From assembly GCA_030603445.1 (NCBI GenBank), contig JAUVXU010000010.1, forward strand, positions 355 through 64,354: a DNA stretch of 64,000 nt. The letters are read 5' to 3'. The position numbers and the translations under genes are program-made. Below, piece after piece: positions 41,837-50,886 of the stretch. Every line of letters starts with the position of its first letter. The first letter of the stretch is position 1. The notes beneath the pieces were generated by a model. That model saw nothing but the letters and a program-made list of their open reading frames with translations. It did no database searches and was not told where the DNA came from. The DNA comes from Methanomicrobia archaeon (GTDB lineage Archaea > Methanobacteriota_B > Thermococci > Methanofastidiosales > NM3).

Positions 41837-42289
41837 ATGGAGCTAACTATCACAGCAAGGGGTCATGATAACATAAGGGCCGCACACAAGACGACCATTG
41901 AAATTACCAAAGACCCCGATGTCACTTTGAATGGAGACTGCATAGTTGCAGTTGGTGCGGATATTGGATTTTGCGACATGCCTGGCGCATTTAAGGAAAT
42001 GATTAGGGGATCTAAAGTAAGAGTGACATTTTCCTGCGCCGGGCGTGAGTGGAGCGTGGATGGTGAAGGGACCAAAAAATTGGCCATGCTGCATAAGCAG
42101 GAGATGGTTATAAGAAAAAGCTCCTTTGAATGCGCACGCACGCTTATGATAAATGCCGACAAGGCTTCCTGTGATATGCCGGATGACATAGTTTCTAGCA
42201 TGCAGGACCCCAAAAACATGATAAATATTACCTTATCTATCATAGGTCCACGAAGTAACAAACATCCTCATCAAAATAACCACATCTAA
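41837..42289 (+). CDS. DUF371 protein
   Basis: ARGHDNIRAAHKTTIEITKD, GDCI, VIRKS, ADKAS. Confidence 0.9.
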   Translation: MELTITARGHDNIRAAHKTTIEITKDPDVTLNGDCIVAVGADIGFCDMPGAFKEMIRGSKVRVTFSCAGREWSVDGEGTKKLAMLHKQEMVIRKSSFECARTLMINADKASCDMPDDIVSSMQDPKNMINITLSIIGPRSNKHPHQNNHI

Positions 42290-42821
42290 AATCATCCTTC
42301 GCAAGGCCCAGGCGCTTGGAAAGCATGTACATGTACCAATACACCTGCGTTGATGCATAACGCTCTTTTTCTGCATTAGGCTTGTAGTCCCATACCTCTA
42401 TCTTGTCAGTTAGCCTAAGCACATCTATATGCCCTGTTAGGGGTGATGAGAATCCTGCATTTATGGTCTCGTCCTCTTCTAGCCATACAGGTACCTCAAC
42501 AGCAACTGTTGCACGGTCGTTTTCAAGGAGAAACATCTCGACCCTGCTGTGATTTGATGAATAGCGCTCCTGGTACAGCTTCTTTCCACAGGCCGTGAAC
42601 TTTGATATGGGGTGGCGGACGCGATTGACATAGTACCTGGGCGCCTTTAGTTTGGACGCGCGCGGTTCCTGACAGAAGTGTTCATGAGGGCATGCGTCAA
42701 TGGATGAGAAGTATGAGAGAAGATTGTTTGAATATTGTTCCATGGGGTGGTCTGTTAGTTTGTCCTTCTCATATCGAAACCAGTAGTACCACCCATGATG
42801 AAAGCTTTTTGAGATTATCAT
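42240..42821 (-). CDS. PD-(D/E)XK nuclease-like protein
   Basis: AVEVPVW, TGHIDVL, WDYKP, QVYWY. Confidence 0.7.
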   Translation of the reverse strand: MIISKSFHHGWYYWFRYEKDKLTDHPMEQYSNNLLSYFSSIDACPHEHFCQEPRASKLKAPRYYVNRVRHPISKFTACGKKLYQERYSSNHSRVEMFLLENDRATVAVEVPVWLEEDETINAGFSSPLTGHIDVLRLTDKIEVWDYKPNAEKERYASTQVYWYMYMLSKRLGLAKDDFRCGYFDEDVCYFVDL

Positions 42822-42845
42822 ATGCCTATCACGCCTCTTTTGCGC

Positions 42846-43883
42846 TTAAATCTTATTTATTATTTTGTTGTATGCGGCCTCTGTGCGATTAGCAACGCAT
42901 CTCCAAGTAAATTTAGAAGCGGTCTTAAGCCCATTTTTTATAAGCTTTTTACGAAGTGCATCATCCGTTGTTACCGCATGAAGCTGTCTTGTTAGCTCAT
43001 CCACATCCGAGAATAGCAGTCCGTTCTCCCCATAATCAATTATCTCCCTTAGTGCAGAGGTGTTCCTGCCAATTGCCGGGACTCCAGAGGCCATTGCCTC
43101 TAGTATGGTCAGGCCAAAGCCCTCCTCCTGTGAAGGGAGAACCAGCGCCTTTGCCTTATTTAAAAGCGAGGGCACATCGCTTGAATAACCTACAAAGGAC
43201 GTGTTGACATTTCTGTGGCTTGCAAGCCATTTTAGACGAGGCCTCTGTGGGCCGTCCCCAACAATTACAAGCTTCTCATCTGTGCCACGCAGTGCATCTA
43301 TTATGTCGCTTACCTTCTTTTGCTCTGTAAGGGAACCAACATAGATAATATGCTCTTTTTTATCATCTGAAGGAGAGAATCTGGAAGTGTCAACACCATT
43401 TGGGATATAATAGGTCGGAACGTCGGTTATGTATGATACCTTTTTTTCCAGTGCCTTGCTTACGCAGATAACGCCATTAGTATTATGTAATGCTCTATTT
43501 ATCAAAAAACGTCCAACCCGTTCCATGTATAGAAAGTTAATATCACTTCCATGAGCCGTCACCACATGAGGTATTCCATATTTTTTTGACAATTTTGACC
43601 CAACATATCCTGGCGGCATCATATAATGTGAATGTATTATATCGATATCATGTTTTTCTATAAGCGATTTTGCGGTGGCTTGCGCATTCTTGATAAATGA
43701 TATTCCCCTGAAGTGGGACCATGTATTTACCATGTGCACGTCTTCGCTGTTAGACCCTTTATGATTGTATGTCAGGACATGCACATTATGCCCAAGTGAT
43801 TCCAATGACACCTTAAGATTATAAGTGTGGGTAGCTATCCCGCCTATATGAGGGGGATGCAAGCCGATAAAAAGAATATTCAT
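42846..43883 (-). CDS. GT4 glycosyltransferase
   Basis: PPHIGG, TAHGSD, IPNGVD, EGFGLTILEAMASG. Confidence 0.92.
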   Translation of the reverse strand: MNILFIGLHPPHIGGIATHTYNLKVSLESLGHNVHVLTYNHKGSNSEDVHMVNTWSHFRGISFIKNAQATAKSLIEKHDIDIIHSHYMMPPGYVGSKLSKKYGIPHVVTAHGSDINFLYMERVGRFLINRALHNTNGVICVSKALEKKVSYITDVPTYYIPNGVDTSRFSPSDDKKEHIIYVGSLTEQKKVSDIIDALRGTDEKLVIVGDGPQRPRLKWLASHRNVNTSFVGYSSDVPSLLNKAKALVLPSQEEGFGLTILEAMASGVPAIGRNTSALREIIDYGENGLLFSDVDELTRQLHAVTTDDALRKKLIKNGLKTASKFTWRCVANRTEAAYNKIINKI

Positions 43884-43915
43884 TGGATATATAAAGAAGA
43901 ATGGATATAAATAAC

Positions 43916-45142
43916 TTATCTTCTTGCCCTGCCGTGCGCCATATGGGCCTTTGTAAGATCTTTTGATGCCAAAGCGCCTATGAGTGATATCTCGCCGGCC
44001 AAAACTATGCTCCCAAACACCTCAGCTAGCGCCTTGCAGTTGTGCCCTGGCTCATCGCCACTCCCAAGCAACCCAAGAATCGATAAGGCCTCCTTTTGAG
44101 TAGGAAGGTGTGTTCCAGCGCCAAATGTTGCAAGAGGCACGTCAGGCAGCGTCACGTTTGCATACAGGTCCCCGTCTTCCTCTTCCATCATCGTAAGGCC
44201 CATCGAGGCCTCGACAACGTGTGCCAGGTCCTGTCCTGTGGCTGCAAAAAACGCAGCGGCTATGTTTGCGAAGTGTGCATTAAATCCACCAAGAGCGCCT
44301 GCACGCGCGCCTCCAATATAGATCTTACGATAACACACATCAGCCATTTTCTCAGCAGTTGTCTTTAGCTTTGAAACTACTACTTCTTTTGGAATAAGCA
44401 CTTCTGCAGTAATGGATTTTCCCCTGCCCATGATGAAGTTTATGGCAGCAGACTTCTTGTCAACGCACATGTTGCCAGAAACCGCAACAAGATTTGCCCA
44501 CGAGAACTTTGACTCTATGAACTGGGCTATTGCATCACTTGCCTTTGTGGCAGAGTTCATGGCCATCGAGTCTCCAGTTGAGAACTCAAAGCGCAAGAAT
44601 AGATTTTTTCCTGTAACAAAAGGCGTAAAAGCAACAAGTTTGGTAAAGCGGGTCTCCTTGTTAGAAACATCTTTTATCTCATCGAAATTTTCCTTTACCC
44701 ATGTGGCTAGCTTATGCGCATGCCTAGCATCCGGCACACGAAAAAGCGGTGCGCGGGTCATGACGTCGCCAAGCAGCATTGCAACAGCGCCTCCTGACGC
44801 GGTGATTGCCGAGCATCCTCTATTAGTGGATGCTATTAGGGCGCCCTCTGTAGTTGCAAGCGGCACGTAGTACGTGCCAGACGCATAGTCGCCTTGTATT
44901 TTCAGCGGCCCTGCAATGCCCATAGGCAGCTGTGCAGCCCCTATCGTGTTCTCCGCGTTCTTCCCGCAAATGATATCAAAGTCAAAGGACGTGTTTGCAA
45001 TATTCTTTAAAGATGTCTTGCTCTCTCTTTCTAGGAAAGCGCGGCGTAGCGCAGTCGCCTCATTGCCCCCGTACGCCTTGTCCAAAGCATGAAGCTTTGT
45101 CTTGCCTGACCTAATTCCATTTAAAATTTCTTCCTTATCCAT
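43916..45142 (-). CDS. hmgA: HMG-CoA reductase (class I, NADPH)
   Basis: ENTIG, PLATTEGAL, GDSMAMN, GNMCVDKK, GQDLAH, AHM. Confidence 0.95.
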   Translation of the reverse strand: MDKEEILNGIRSGKTKLHALDKAYGGNEATALRRAFLERESKTSLKNIANTSFDFDIICGKNAENTIGAAQLPMGIAGPLKIQGDYASGTYYVPLATTEGALIASTNRGCSAITASGGAVAMLLGDVMTRAPLFRVPDARHAHKLATWVKENFDEIKDVSNKETRFTKLVAFTPFVTGKNLFLRFEFSTGDSMAMNSATKASDAIAQFIESKFSWANLVAVSGNMCVDKKSAAINFIMGRGKSITAEVLIPKEVVVSKLKTTAEKMADVCYRKIYIGGARAGALGGFNAHFANIAAAFFAATGQDLAHVVEASMGLTMMEEEDGDLYANVTLPDVPLATFGAGTHLPTQKEALSILGLLGSGDEPGHNCKALAEVFGSIVLAGEISLIGALASKDLTKAHMAHGRARR

Positions 45143-45151
45143 CTTATCACG

Positions 45152-45319
45152 TTACTCGTCATCATCACGGCGAGTTTTTCCTATAGAACGGTAAACTTCC
45201 CACACGCCGCTGATATTAAACGCCTGCAAAGCACCTTTGCACGATGAACATTTGAATATTTCTCCATCTATATCAGGTATTTTTATATCACTTTCACAGA
45301 TTGGACAATTTTGTATCAT
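45152..45319 (-). CDS. 55-aa LysW-like zinc-ribbon protein
   Basis: MIQNCPICESDIKIPDIDGEIFKCSSCKGAL...RRDDDE; 9 bp upstream of hmgA. Not in ORF track. Confidence 0.65.
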   Translation of the reverse strand: MIQNCPICESDIKIPDIDGEIFKCSSCKGALQAFNISGVWEVYRSIGKTRRDDDE

Positions 45320-45370
45320 GATGTTACCCCCATTCTACAAAGACAGATTTTTTCAATGAATATAAAAATG

Positions 45371-45931
45371 TTACTGATAAAACAGCAACACTCCAGACCT
45401 TCTTATCTTGCGTGCTACACTAAAGGCCAATCCTGCCTTAATAACGTCACCTGCAATAAAAGGTATCACGCCAACTTTAAGGGCAGCATATAGCCCCATG
45501 CCTGTGAAGTTCATGAGCTGCAAGATCCCAATCGCATATATTGCAACGATTCCTGCTGCAAGGGCGATGATATCTGTAAGTACAATACTATGTTTATCTG
45601 TAAATTTAGATAGGATTGCCTTTCCGCCCTCCATTATGGCGCCAACCATATATGCAGCAAATACGAATCCGACGATATACCCTCCTGTGGGGCCTGCTAG
45701 TATCCCAAGACCAGACGTCCCTCCAGCAAATACAGGAAGCCCTACTAATCCCATTCCAACGTAACATAGCTGTGAGAGTGCACCTAGGCGCTTTCCAAGC
45801 ACAAGTCCGGATAAAAGGACAAAAAACGTCTGGAGCGTTATTGGAACAAGCGGTAGTGGAATATGGATAAAAGCACCTATTGCTGTTAGTGTTGCAAATA
45901 GCGCTACGAAAGCGATTTCTTTGGATTTCAT
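45371..45931 (-). CDS. bioY: biotin transporter BioY
   Basis: VPITLQTF, GLPVFAGG, GPTGGYIVGF, PFIAGD. Confidence 0.95.
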   Translation of the reverse strand: MKSKEIAFVALFATLTAIGAFIHIPLPLVPITLQTFFVLLSGLVLGKRLGALSQLCYVGMGLVGLPVFAGGTSGLGILAGPTGGYIVGFVFAAYMVGAIMEGGKAILSKFTDKHSIVLTDIIALAAGIVAIYAIGILQLMNFTGMGLYAALKVGVIPFIAGDVIKAGLAFSVARKIRRSGVLLFYQ

Positions 45932-45940
45932 AGTAATCAC

Positions 45941-45974
45941 ATTGTAAACTTAGTTAATCGTGGAAGTTTACAAT
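45941..45974. promoter_or_regulatory. BirA-type biotin operator
   Basis: Perfect 11-bp inverted repeat ATTGTAAACTT-N12-AAGTTTACAAT (TGTAAAC-N16-GTTTACA) immediately upstream of bioY. Confidence 0.85.
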
Positions 45975-46059
45975 CTAATAAAAAGTTTTTGGTTTAATAG
46001 TTAACTATTTTATGGCAAAAAACGTAAACTTTATATAAACCGTTTTATATGTTTATTTA

Positions 46060-47040
46060 ATGGGTATTAGAAAGCTTGCTTTATTTTTTTCATTTGCAAT
46101 TGTCACTTGCGCCTTGCTTGCAGCCTCGTTTGCACCTATAGCTGCAGAGGTAAGGTCCACAGGGCCACAGGAGATACTCCTGGAAAGCGAACAAAGCATT
46201 ATTGTTGGAGAAAACTACACTTACTATTTAACTCTTGTTAATTTGGACCCCTGCGACAAGCTGCTTTCAAACGATTTCACATGCGTTCCATCGATTGCTG
46301 TAGACATGATACAAATAGACAATGCAACAAATGAAGTGCTCCAGACGATATCACTAGAGCACCTGCATTTTGGTTATCAAGATGTTGATATTCAGTACGA
46401 TGACATAACAATTGTTTCGTTAAATGTCTTAAATATTGCGTTTTTTGAAAACAAGGCAAAAGTTGAAATAGGATACACCAGCACCACGACTGCGGCAGAT
46501 CTCATTGAAATTACCTCAAAGGATGACAACATAAACGCTGTGTTAGGATATAACAACAATACTACTATCTATATTAACAATCCTAGCAAGAACGATATAG
46601 ACGTGTTCTTCTCAGTAGAAAGTGCAGCCTCTTCATCTGTTTTGACAATTAAATGGGGGGGGTCAGAAAAGAGCATTAAAACAGGCAATGAAAGATTAAT
46701 AGTACTGCATCAGGGAAATAATACCCTAACACTCTCATTCATACCAAGAGAAGAAGGGCATCAGGTGCTTTCCTTCTTTGTAAAGGTAGATGATAAAATA
46801 ATCGGGATAGTGCTTCCGGTACTAGTACACCCAGTGGATGATATCTCATCTGATATTATTTTTGCAAATCGTGCCTCATTTGATGACGTTCTAAATGACC
46901 AAAAAATAGTAGGGGACGTTAAGATGGACTCAGTCTATCTCTTGGGTTTCTCCTTCATACTCCTCGTAATGGGTGGCGTCCTCGGATTCGTACATACTTC
47001 CAACGGCGGCTCTTTTGGTTCTATAGATAAGGAAAAATAA
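46060..47040 (+). CDS. secreted, membrane-anchored hypothetical protein
   Basis: Signal peptide, beta-rich body, C-terminal TM helix. Confidence 0.6.
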   Translation: MGIRKLALFFSFAIVTCALLAASFAPIAAEVRSTGPQEILLESEQSIIVGENYTYYLTLVNLDPCDKLLSNDFTCVPSIAVDMIQIDNATNEVLQTISLEHLHFGYQDVDIQYDDITIVSLNVLNIAFFENKAKVEIGYTSTTTAADLIEITSKDDNINAVLGYNNNTTIYINNPSKNDIDVFFSVESAASSSVLTIKWGGSEKSIKTGNERLIVLHQGNNTLTLSFIPREEGHQVLSFFVKVDDKIIGIVLPVLVHPVDDISSDIIFANRASFDDVLNDQKIVGDVKMDSVYLLGFSFILLVMGGVLGFVHTSNGGSFGSIDKEK

Positions 47041-48282
47041 GACCACGATAACACATACAATGGCTATGCCTGCAATAGCGTATAATATCATTCTTTCCTC
47101 CTTATCCTTCTCTATTTGTGCCAGTGCGTCCATCTTTTCTTTATTTAATAATATATAATCGTCACATTGCACAGCCATCGCATCATCATCAAGTGCTACA
47201 AACTTCTCTTTTGCAGATTCTAGGGTAGTTATAGACTGCTCGTAGCTTTCCTGGGAGTAAAGCTGTACGCCATACTCAAATGCGGTGTTTGCCAATATGA
47301 ACTTGTCACAAAGCGCAGATGCGCTGTTGCATTCCTCAACTAGTGATGCATCACTAAGAAGAAGGGCTGCATCGTTGTAAAGTTGCTTTGAGTCGCTGTA
47401 TCTCTTCTCCAAGAACGCTTGCTGTGCCTGGGAATATATCCCAAGTGCATATAGCTGCTCATCGCAAAACTCTATGCTGCCATTTATGGCATCAAGCGTC
47501 TCCTTCTTTGAGGTGTATTCCTTTGCGGCTGTAAAGGAATCCTTGGCCTCCTGCCAGCTCCCTTCCTTAAATGCCTCAAGCGCTGATTCGTAAGTCATAA
47601 AGAAGAAGCAGTTCTTGAGGCGCACTTCTATCTTTATTAAAAGGGATGATACGCCCAACTCACCATATATTACTGCTATATCCGCATAAAGTACGCTTGC
47701 AGAAATGTAATCGCCATCAAAATAGTAGTTCTCGGCTTCCAAGAACTTGGACTGGGCCAGCTTGAACTCGTTGCAGTCACTGATCTTCTCGTTGCAAAGC
47801 GATATTTTCTCATCGTTCTCTGCAATTATGTATATCTCTATTGCCTGAGTGAAGTAGTCTATTGCCATATCAAACTCGCCATCGCTCATCGCTGCAAGGC
47901 CCAAGTTGTACAATTCGTCTCCCTGCACTCCGATGCCTGCTAGCATCTCGTCAATGATTAATCTCATGTTAGAATATGTTATCTTCAGATCACCAGCAAG
48001 CTTTCGCTCATCATTTATAAAAAGAACAGGTATGCCACTGTTGCCATATCTTGAAGTGTAGTCGTTCCATATAGCCTGATTCTCTGAGAGATATATATTA
48101 TACTTGTTAATCTCCACTAAATCGCCGTAATGGTCTTTGATATCATCTAAAACGTCAGAAGTTGCCCTGCAATGGGAACATCCTGGAGAATAAAAGTATA
48201 CTATCTCAATCGGCGCGGCAGCTGTCACTGGAACGAATGTAAGCAATAATAAGACTAATACGATTACGCCACTTTTCTTCAT
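46930..48282 (-). CDS. extracellular thioredoxin plus TPR-like helical repeats, C-terminal TM
   Basis: Signal peptide, YFYSPGCSHC, GIP, helical repeats with paired Cys. Confidence 0.75.
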   Translation of the reverse strand: MKKSGVIVLVLLLLTFVPVTAAAPIEIVYFYSPGCSHCRATSDVLDDIKDHYGDLVEINKYNIYLSENQAIWNDYTSRYGNSGIPVLFINDERKLAGDLKITYSNMRLIIDEMLAGIGVQGDELYNLGLAAMSDGEFDMAIDYFTQAIEIYIIAENDEKISLCNEKISDCNEFKLAQSKFLEAENYYFDGDYISASVLYADIAVIYGELGVSSLLIKIEVRLKNCFFFMTYESALEAFKEGSWQEAKDSFTAAKEYTSKKETLDAINGSIEFCDEQLYALGIYSQAQQAFLEKRYSDSKQLYNDAALLLSDASLVEECNSASALCDKFILANTAFEYGVQLYSQESYEQSITTLESAKEKFVALDDDAMAVQCDDYILLNKEKMDALAQIEKDKEERMILYAIAGIAIVCVIVVLFFLIYRTKRAAVGSMYESEDATHYEEYEGETQEID

Positions 48283-48357
48283 TAAGAGAAATCGCTTAAA
48301 ACAGTATATATACTTTATGCTATATGGGAAAAAAAAGAAAAAAAAAGAAAGGAGGTT

Positions 48358-50646
48358 TTAAGAAAGATCTGTTATAAGGTCAAGAGCTGCCTTGGAGGTT
48401 CCGGTCCTGTCAGCGCCTGCTACAACAAGCACGTCCTTTCCGAGTGAGTACACATCCTCATAGAGTTTGTACTCTCCCTCTGAAGTATCCCATTCCTCAA
48501 ATGTTGTGATGCCTAGGTCAACAAGCTCCTGCACGATGCTGTTTGCAACAGGCCCGCCTATAAGCACGAGGTTGTACTCGCTCTTTAGGTCTGGTTCTGC
48601 TTCAACGCCAATATCGAGCTTCACAAGCTTTGTTGGATCTATGTCAACGTAGACTGTTGTCACGATTGGGGCAAGCTGTTCTATCTTCGAGAAAGTGATG
48701 TCACCATCTATTCTGTAGTCTGTGTGTATTGCATCCACAACTTGCAGTGTGAAGTAGTTGTTACCATCTAGATCATCTAAGCATACTGTCAATGCATCGC
48801 TGCACATTCCAGCAAGTTCCACTGGAGTTGCGAGCCATAGTTCGAGTGCTGGTCTGCATATTGGCTGTGTAAGTCCTGCATCTAGAGTTAGTGTCCATTC
48901 ATCAGTGGTAGAGTTGTATGTTGCTACGTAGTAATCCTTGAGCATGGCAGTCAGTTCATAATATTCAGCTGTACCTATATCTGGGAAGTCAGAAGCTACG
49001 TAATCAAACGCATCGTAGATAATAAGCTTGTCTGCTGCATCGAAGTTTGGATTTCCTTCAGACCAGAGTGCTAAAGCGTTGTCCAAATCCACAACGTCTA
49101 TATCGTTGTTTGGTATAATGTCAAGATACCAGTCAAGCTCCTCGCCGCCGCAGTTGGATACAACATATGGCATGTAAAGTTCAGACGTGTATGTGTCGCA
49201 TGGTCCTGGGTATATGCGCTCTTTTATGCATCCATAGTCCTCTAGTGTGTAAGCGTGGAACTCAACAACGTAGCTGCCTGATGCACCTATCAAGGTCTTC
49301 ACAAAGTTGACAGCAAATACGACTTCTAACGTTCCGCATGTATCTTCCTTGAATGCTATTACACTGTTTTCCTCGTTGTCTTCATCACCATCTCCGCCTG
49401 AAGGCACTTGGGACGTGTATGTGTTAATAACAGTTATGTAGTCGTAAGCTTCACCGCTTGGGTCTGTTATCGTGACATAAGCCTTGTTCTCGTATATTCC
49501 GAGATCATTAATTGTGAGCGTGTATCCGCCGTATTCCTTTGATTCGCCAACGTGGAGTTTTTCCTCTACAAACCACTTTGGAGTTCCGTAGAACATATAG
49601 TCCACACCATCCACATTTGTACCAAAGCTTATGGCATCGTAGTGGTCGCCAAGGAAGTACACGTCGCAGGTGTCACAGTACAAGTCAATATCTACTGGCA
49701 AAATTGGTTCGCATATGCCGTATGCCTCTGAGTCTGGGCCGATAATCGCACTCCATGTAACCTTGCTTAAACTTTCTATTCCGGTTACTATTGTCCTGTA
49801 TTCCATACCGCCTACAGGGTCGCATATCTCATCGTTCCAAGCTGGAGTTCCCCAGTAGTGGCGCGGGTAGATGTTAGGGTAGGTCTGACACTCGTCAAGT
49901 GAAGTTACTGGAGCTATTGGATCCCAAGTTGGATATGTAACTGAATCTGGGTTCTCAAAAGGACCAACAATATCTGCTACTCCGTCGTCAGTGATATCTA
50001 CATCCCATAGCCCTTCCTGATCACATGATGCTGCGCAGGTAACGCAAAGGTCCTGCGTGCATAGCACATCCCTGATCGAGAAGTCCACTGTAACTGACTC
50101 ATATGAGCATCCTGTGTCTACCATGACCTCAGCTGTGCATCCGAAGTTTGTGTTATGGTCTATGTAAATGTCATAGTCCCACCATGGGGCCTGAACATCC
50201 ATTCCTCCCTGTCCATCCGGATCTACGAAAGATGTTGCAGCAGAGCAAACGTATGGAAGAACTACCCAGGATTCGGGCACTCCAAGTCCAGGTATTACGC
50301 CCTCGTGTATCCTGAAGTCATCAAAGTATGCATCTATTGAGAAAATGCTTGAATTGGGCATGTAGTTGTCTACTTCTGCCTCTTCGTCATATATCACAGA
50401 ATATATGTTCTGATCTTCAGTTTCTTCAGTATAATAAGCCATGCTTCCTATCTGTGCCGATATCCAGGATGCTGAAACGACATCTTCTGCTGCAGCGTTG
50501 GAACCAACTACAATAAGACATGTTGGTTCACCATCGCTTGGATTGATGAAGAAGTCCTTGTTCAAATCTGTTGCAGCACCTACTGCTCCAACAAGTGTTG
50601 AACCTAGCAACAGCGCGCCTGAAATGGCTACACCTATTTTTTTCAT
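48358..50646 (-). CDS. S-layer protein (paralog 2)
   Basis: MKKIG signal, IVVGSNAAAEDVVSA N-domain, NLVLIGGPVAN / VAGADRTGT C-domain. Confidence 0.9.
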   Translation of the reverse strand: MKKIGVAISGALLLGSTLVGAVGAATDLNKDFFINPSDGEPTCLIVVGSNAAAEDVVSASWISAQIGSMAYYTEETEDQNIYSVIYDEEAEVDNYMPNSSIFSIDAYFDDFRIHEGVIPGLGVPESWVVLPYVCSAATSFVDPDGQGGMDVQAPWWDYDIYIDHNTNFGCTAEVMVDTGCSYESVTVDFSIRDVLCTQDLCVTCAASCDQEGLWDVDITDDGVADIVGPFENPDSVTYPTWDPIAPVTSLDECQTYPNIYPRHYWGTPAWNDEICDPVGGMEYRTIVTGIESLSKVTWSAIIGPDSEAYGICEPILPVDIDLYCDTCDVYFLGDHYDAISFGTNVDGVDYMFYGTPKWFVEEKLHVGESKEYGGYTLTINDLGIYENKAYVTITDPSGEAYDYITVINTYTSQVPSGGDGDEDNEENSVIAFKEDTCGTLEVVFAVNFVKTLIGASGSYVVEFHAYTLEDYGCIKERIYPGPCDTYTSELYMPYVVSNCGGEELDWYLDIIPNNDIDVVDLDNALALWSEGNPNFDAADKLIIYDAFDYVASDFPDIGTAEYYELTAMLKDYYVATYNSTTDEWTLTLDAGLTQPICRPALELWLATPVELAGMCSDALTVCLDDLDGNNYFTLQVVDAIHTDYRIDGDITFSKIEQLAPIVTTVYVDIDPTKLVKLDIGVEAEPDLKSEYNLVLIGGPVANSIVQELVDLGITTFEEWDTSEGEYKLYEDVYSLGKDVLVVAGADRTGTSKAALDLITDLS

Positions 50647-50847
50647 GTTCACGTTATTCACCTTTGATTTTTTTTTATTTCTACAATATTATGTAGACTC
50701 TGTATTAGTATTGCTCATCAATAGTATATAAATGTATCGGTAATATCCATTAGATAAGCTATATAATCCACTTAAAAACCAACTAGAACAACGTTGATAG
50801 AACAGGATTGAAAAGAATAGTTCTAATAGAATAGTGTATAAAATTAA

Positions 50848-50885
50848 TAAAAAAAAGATAAAAAAAAAGAAAGAAAAAAGAGAAT
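50848..50885 (-). terminator. oligo-T terminator after S-layer paralog 1
   Basis: Long A runs on + strand (T on coding strand) right after the stop codon. Confidence 0.55.
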
Positions 50886-50886
50886 T

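Noticed and set aside
46930-47040. 111-bp convergent overlap of two membrane-anchored protein genes
   Set aside because: Both overlapping tails are low-constraint sequence, and convergent overlaps are common in this compact genome.
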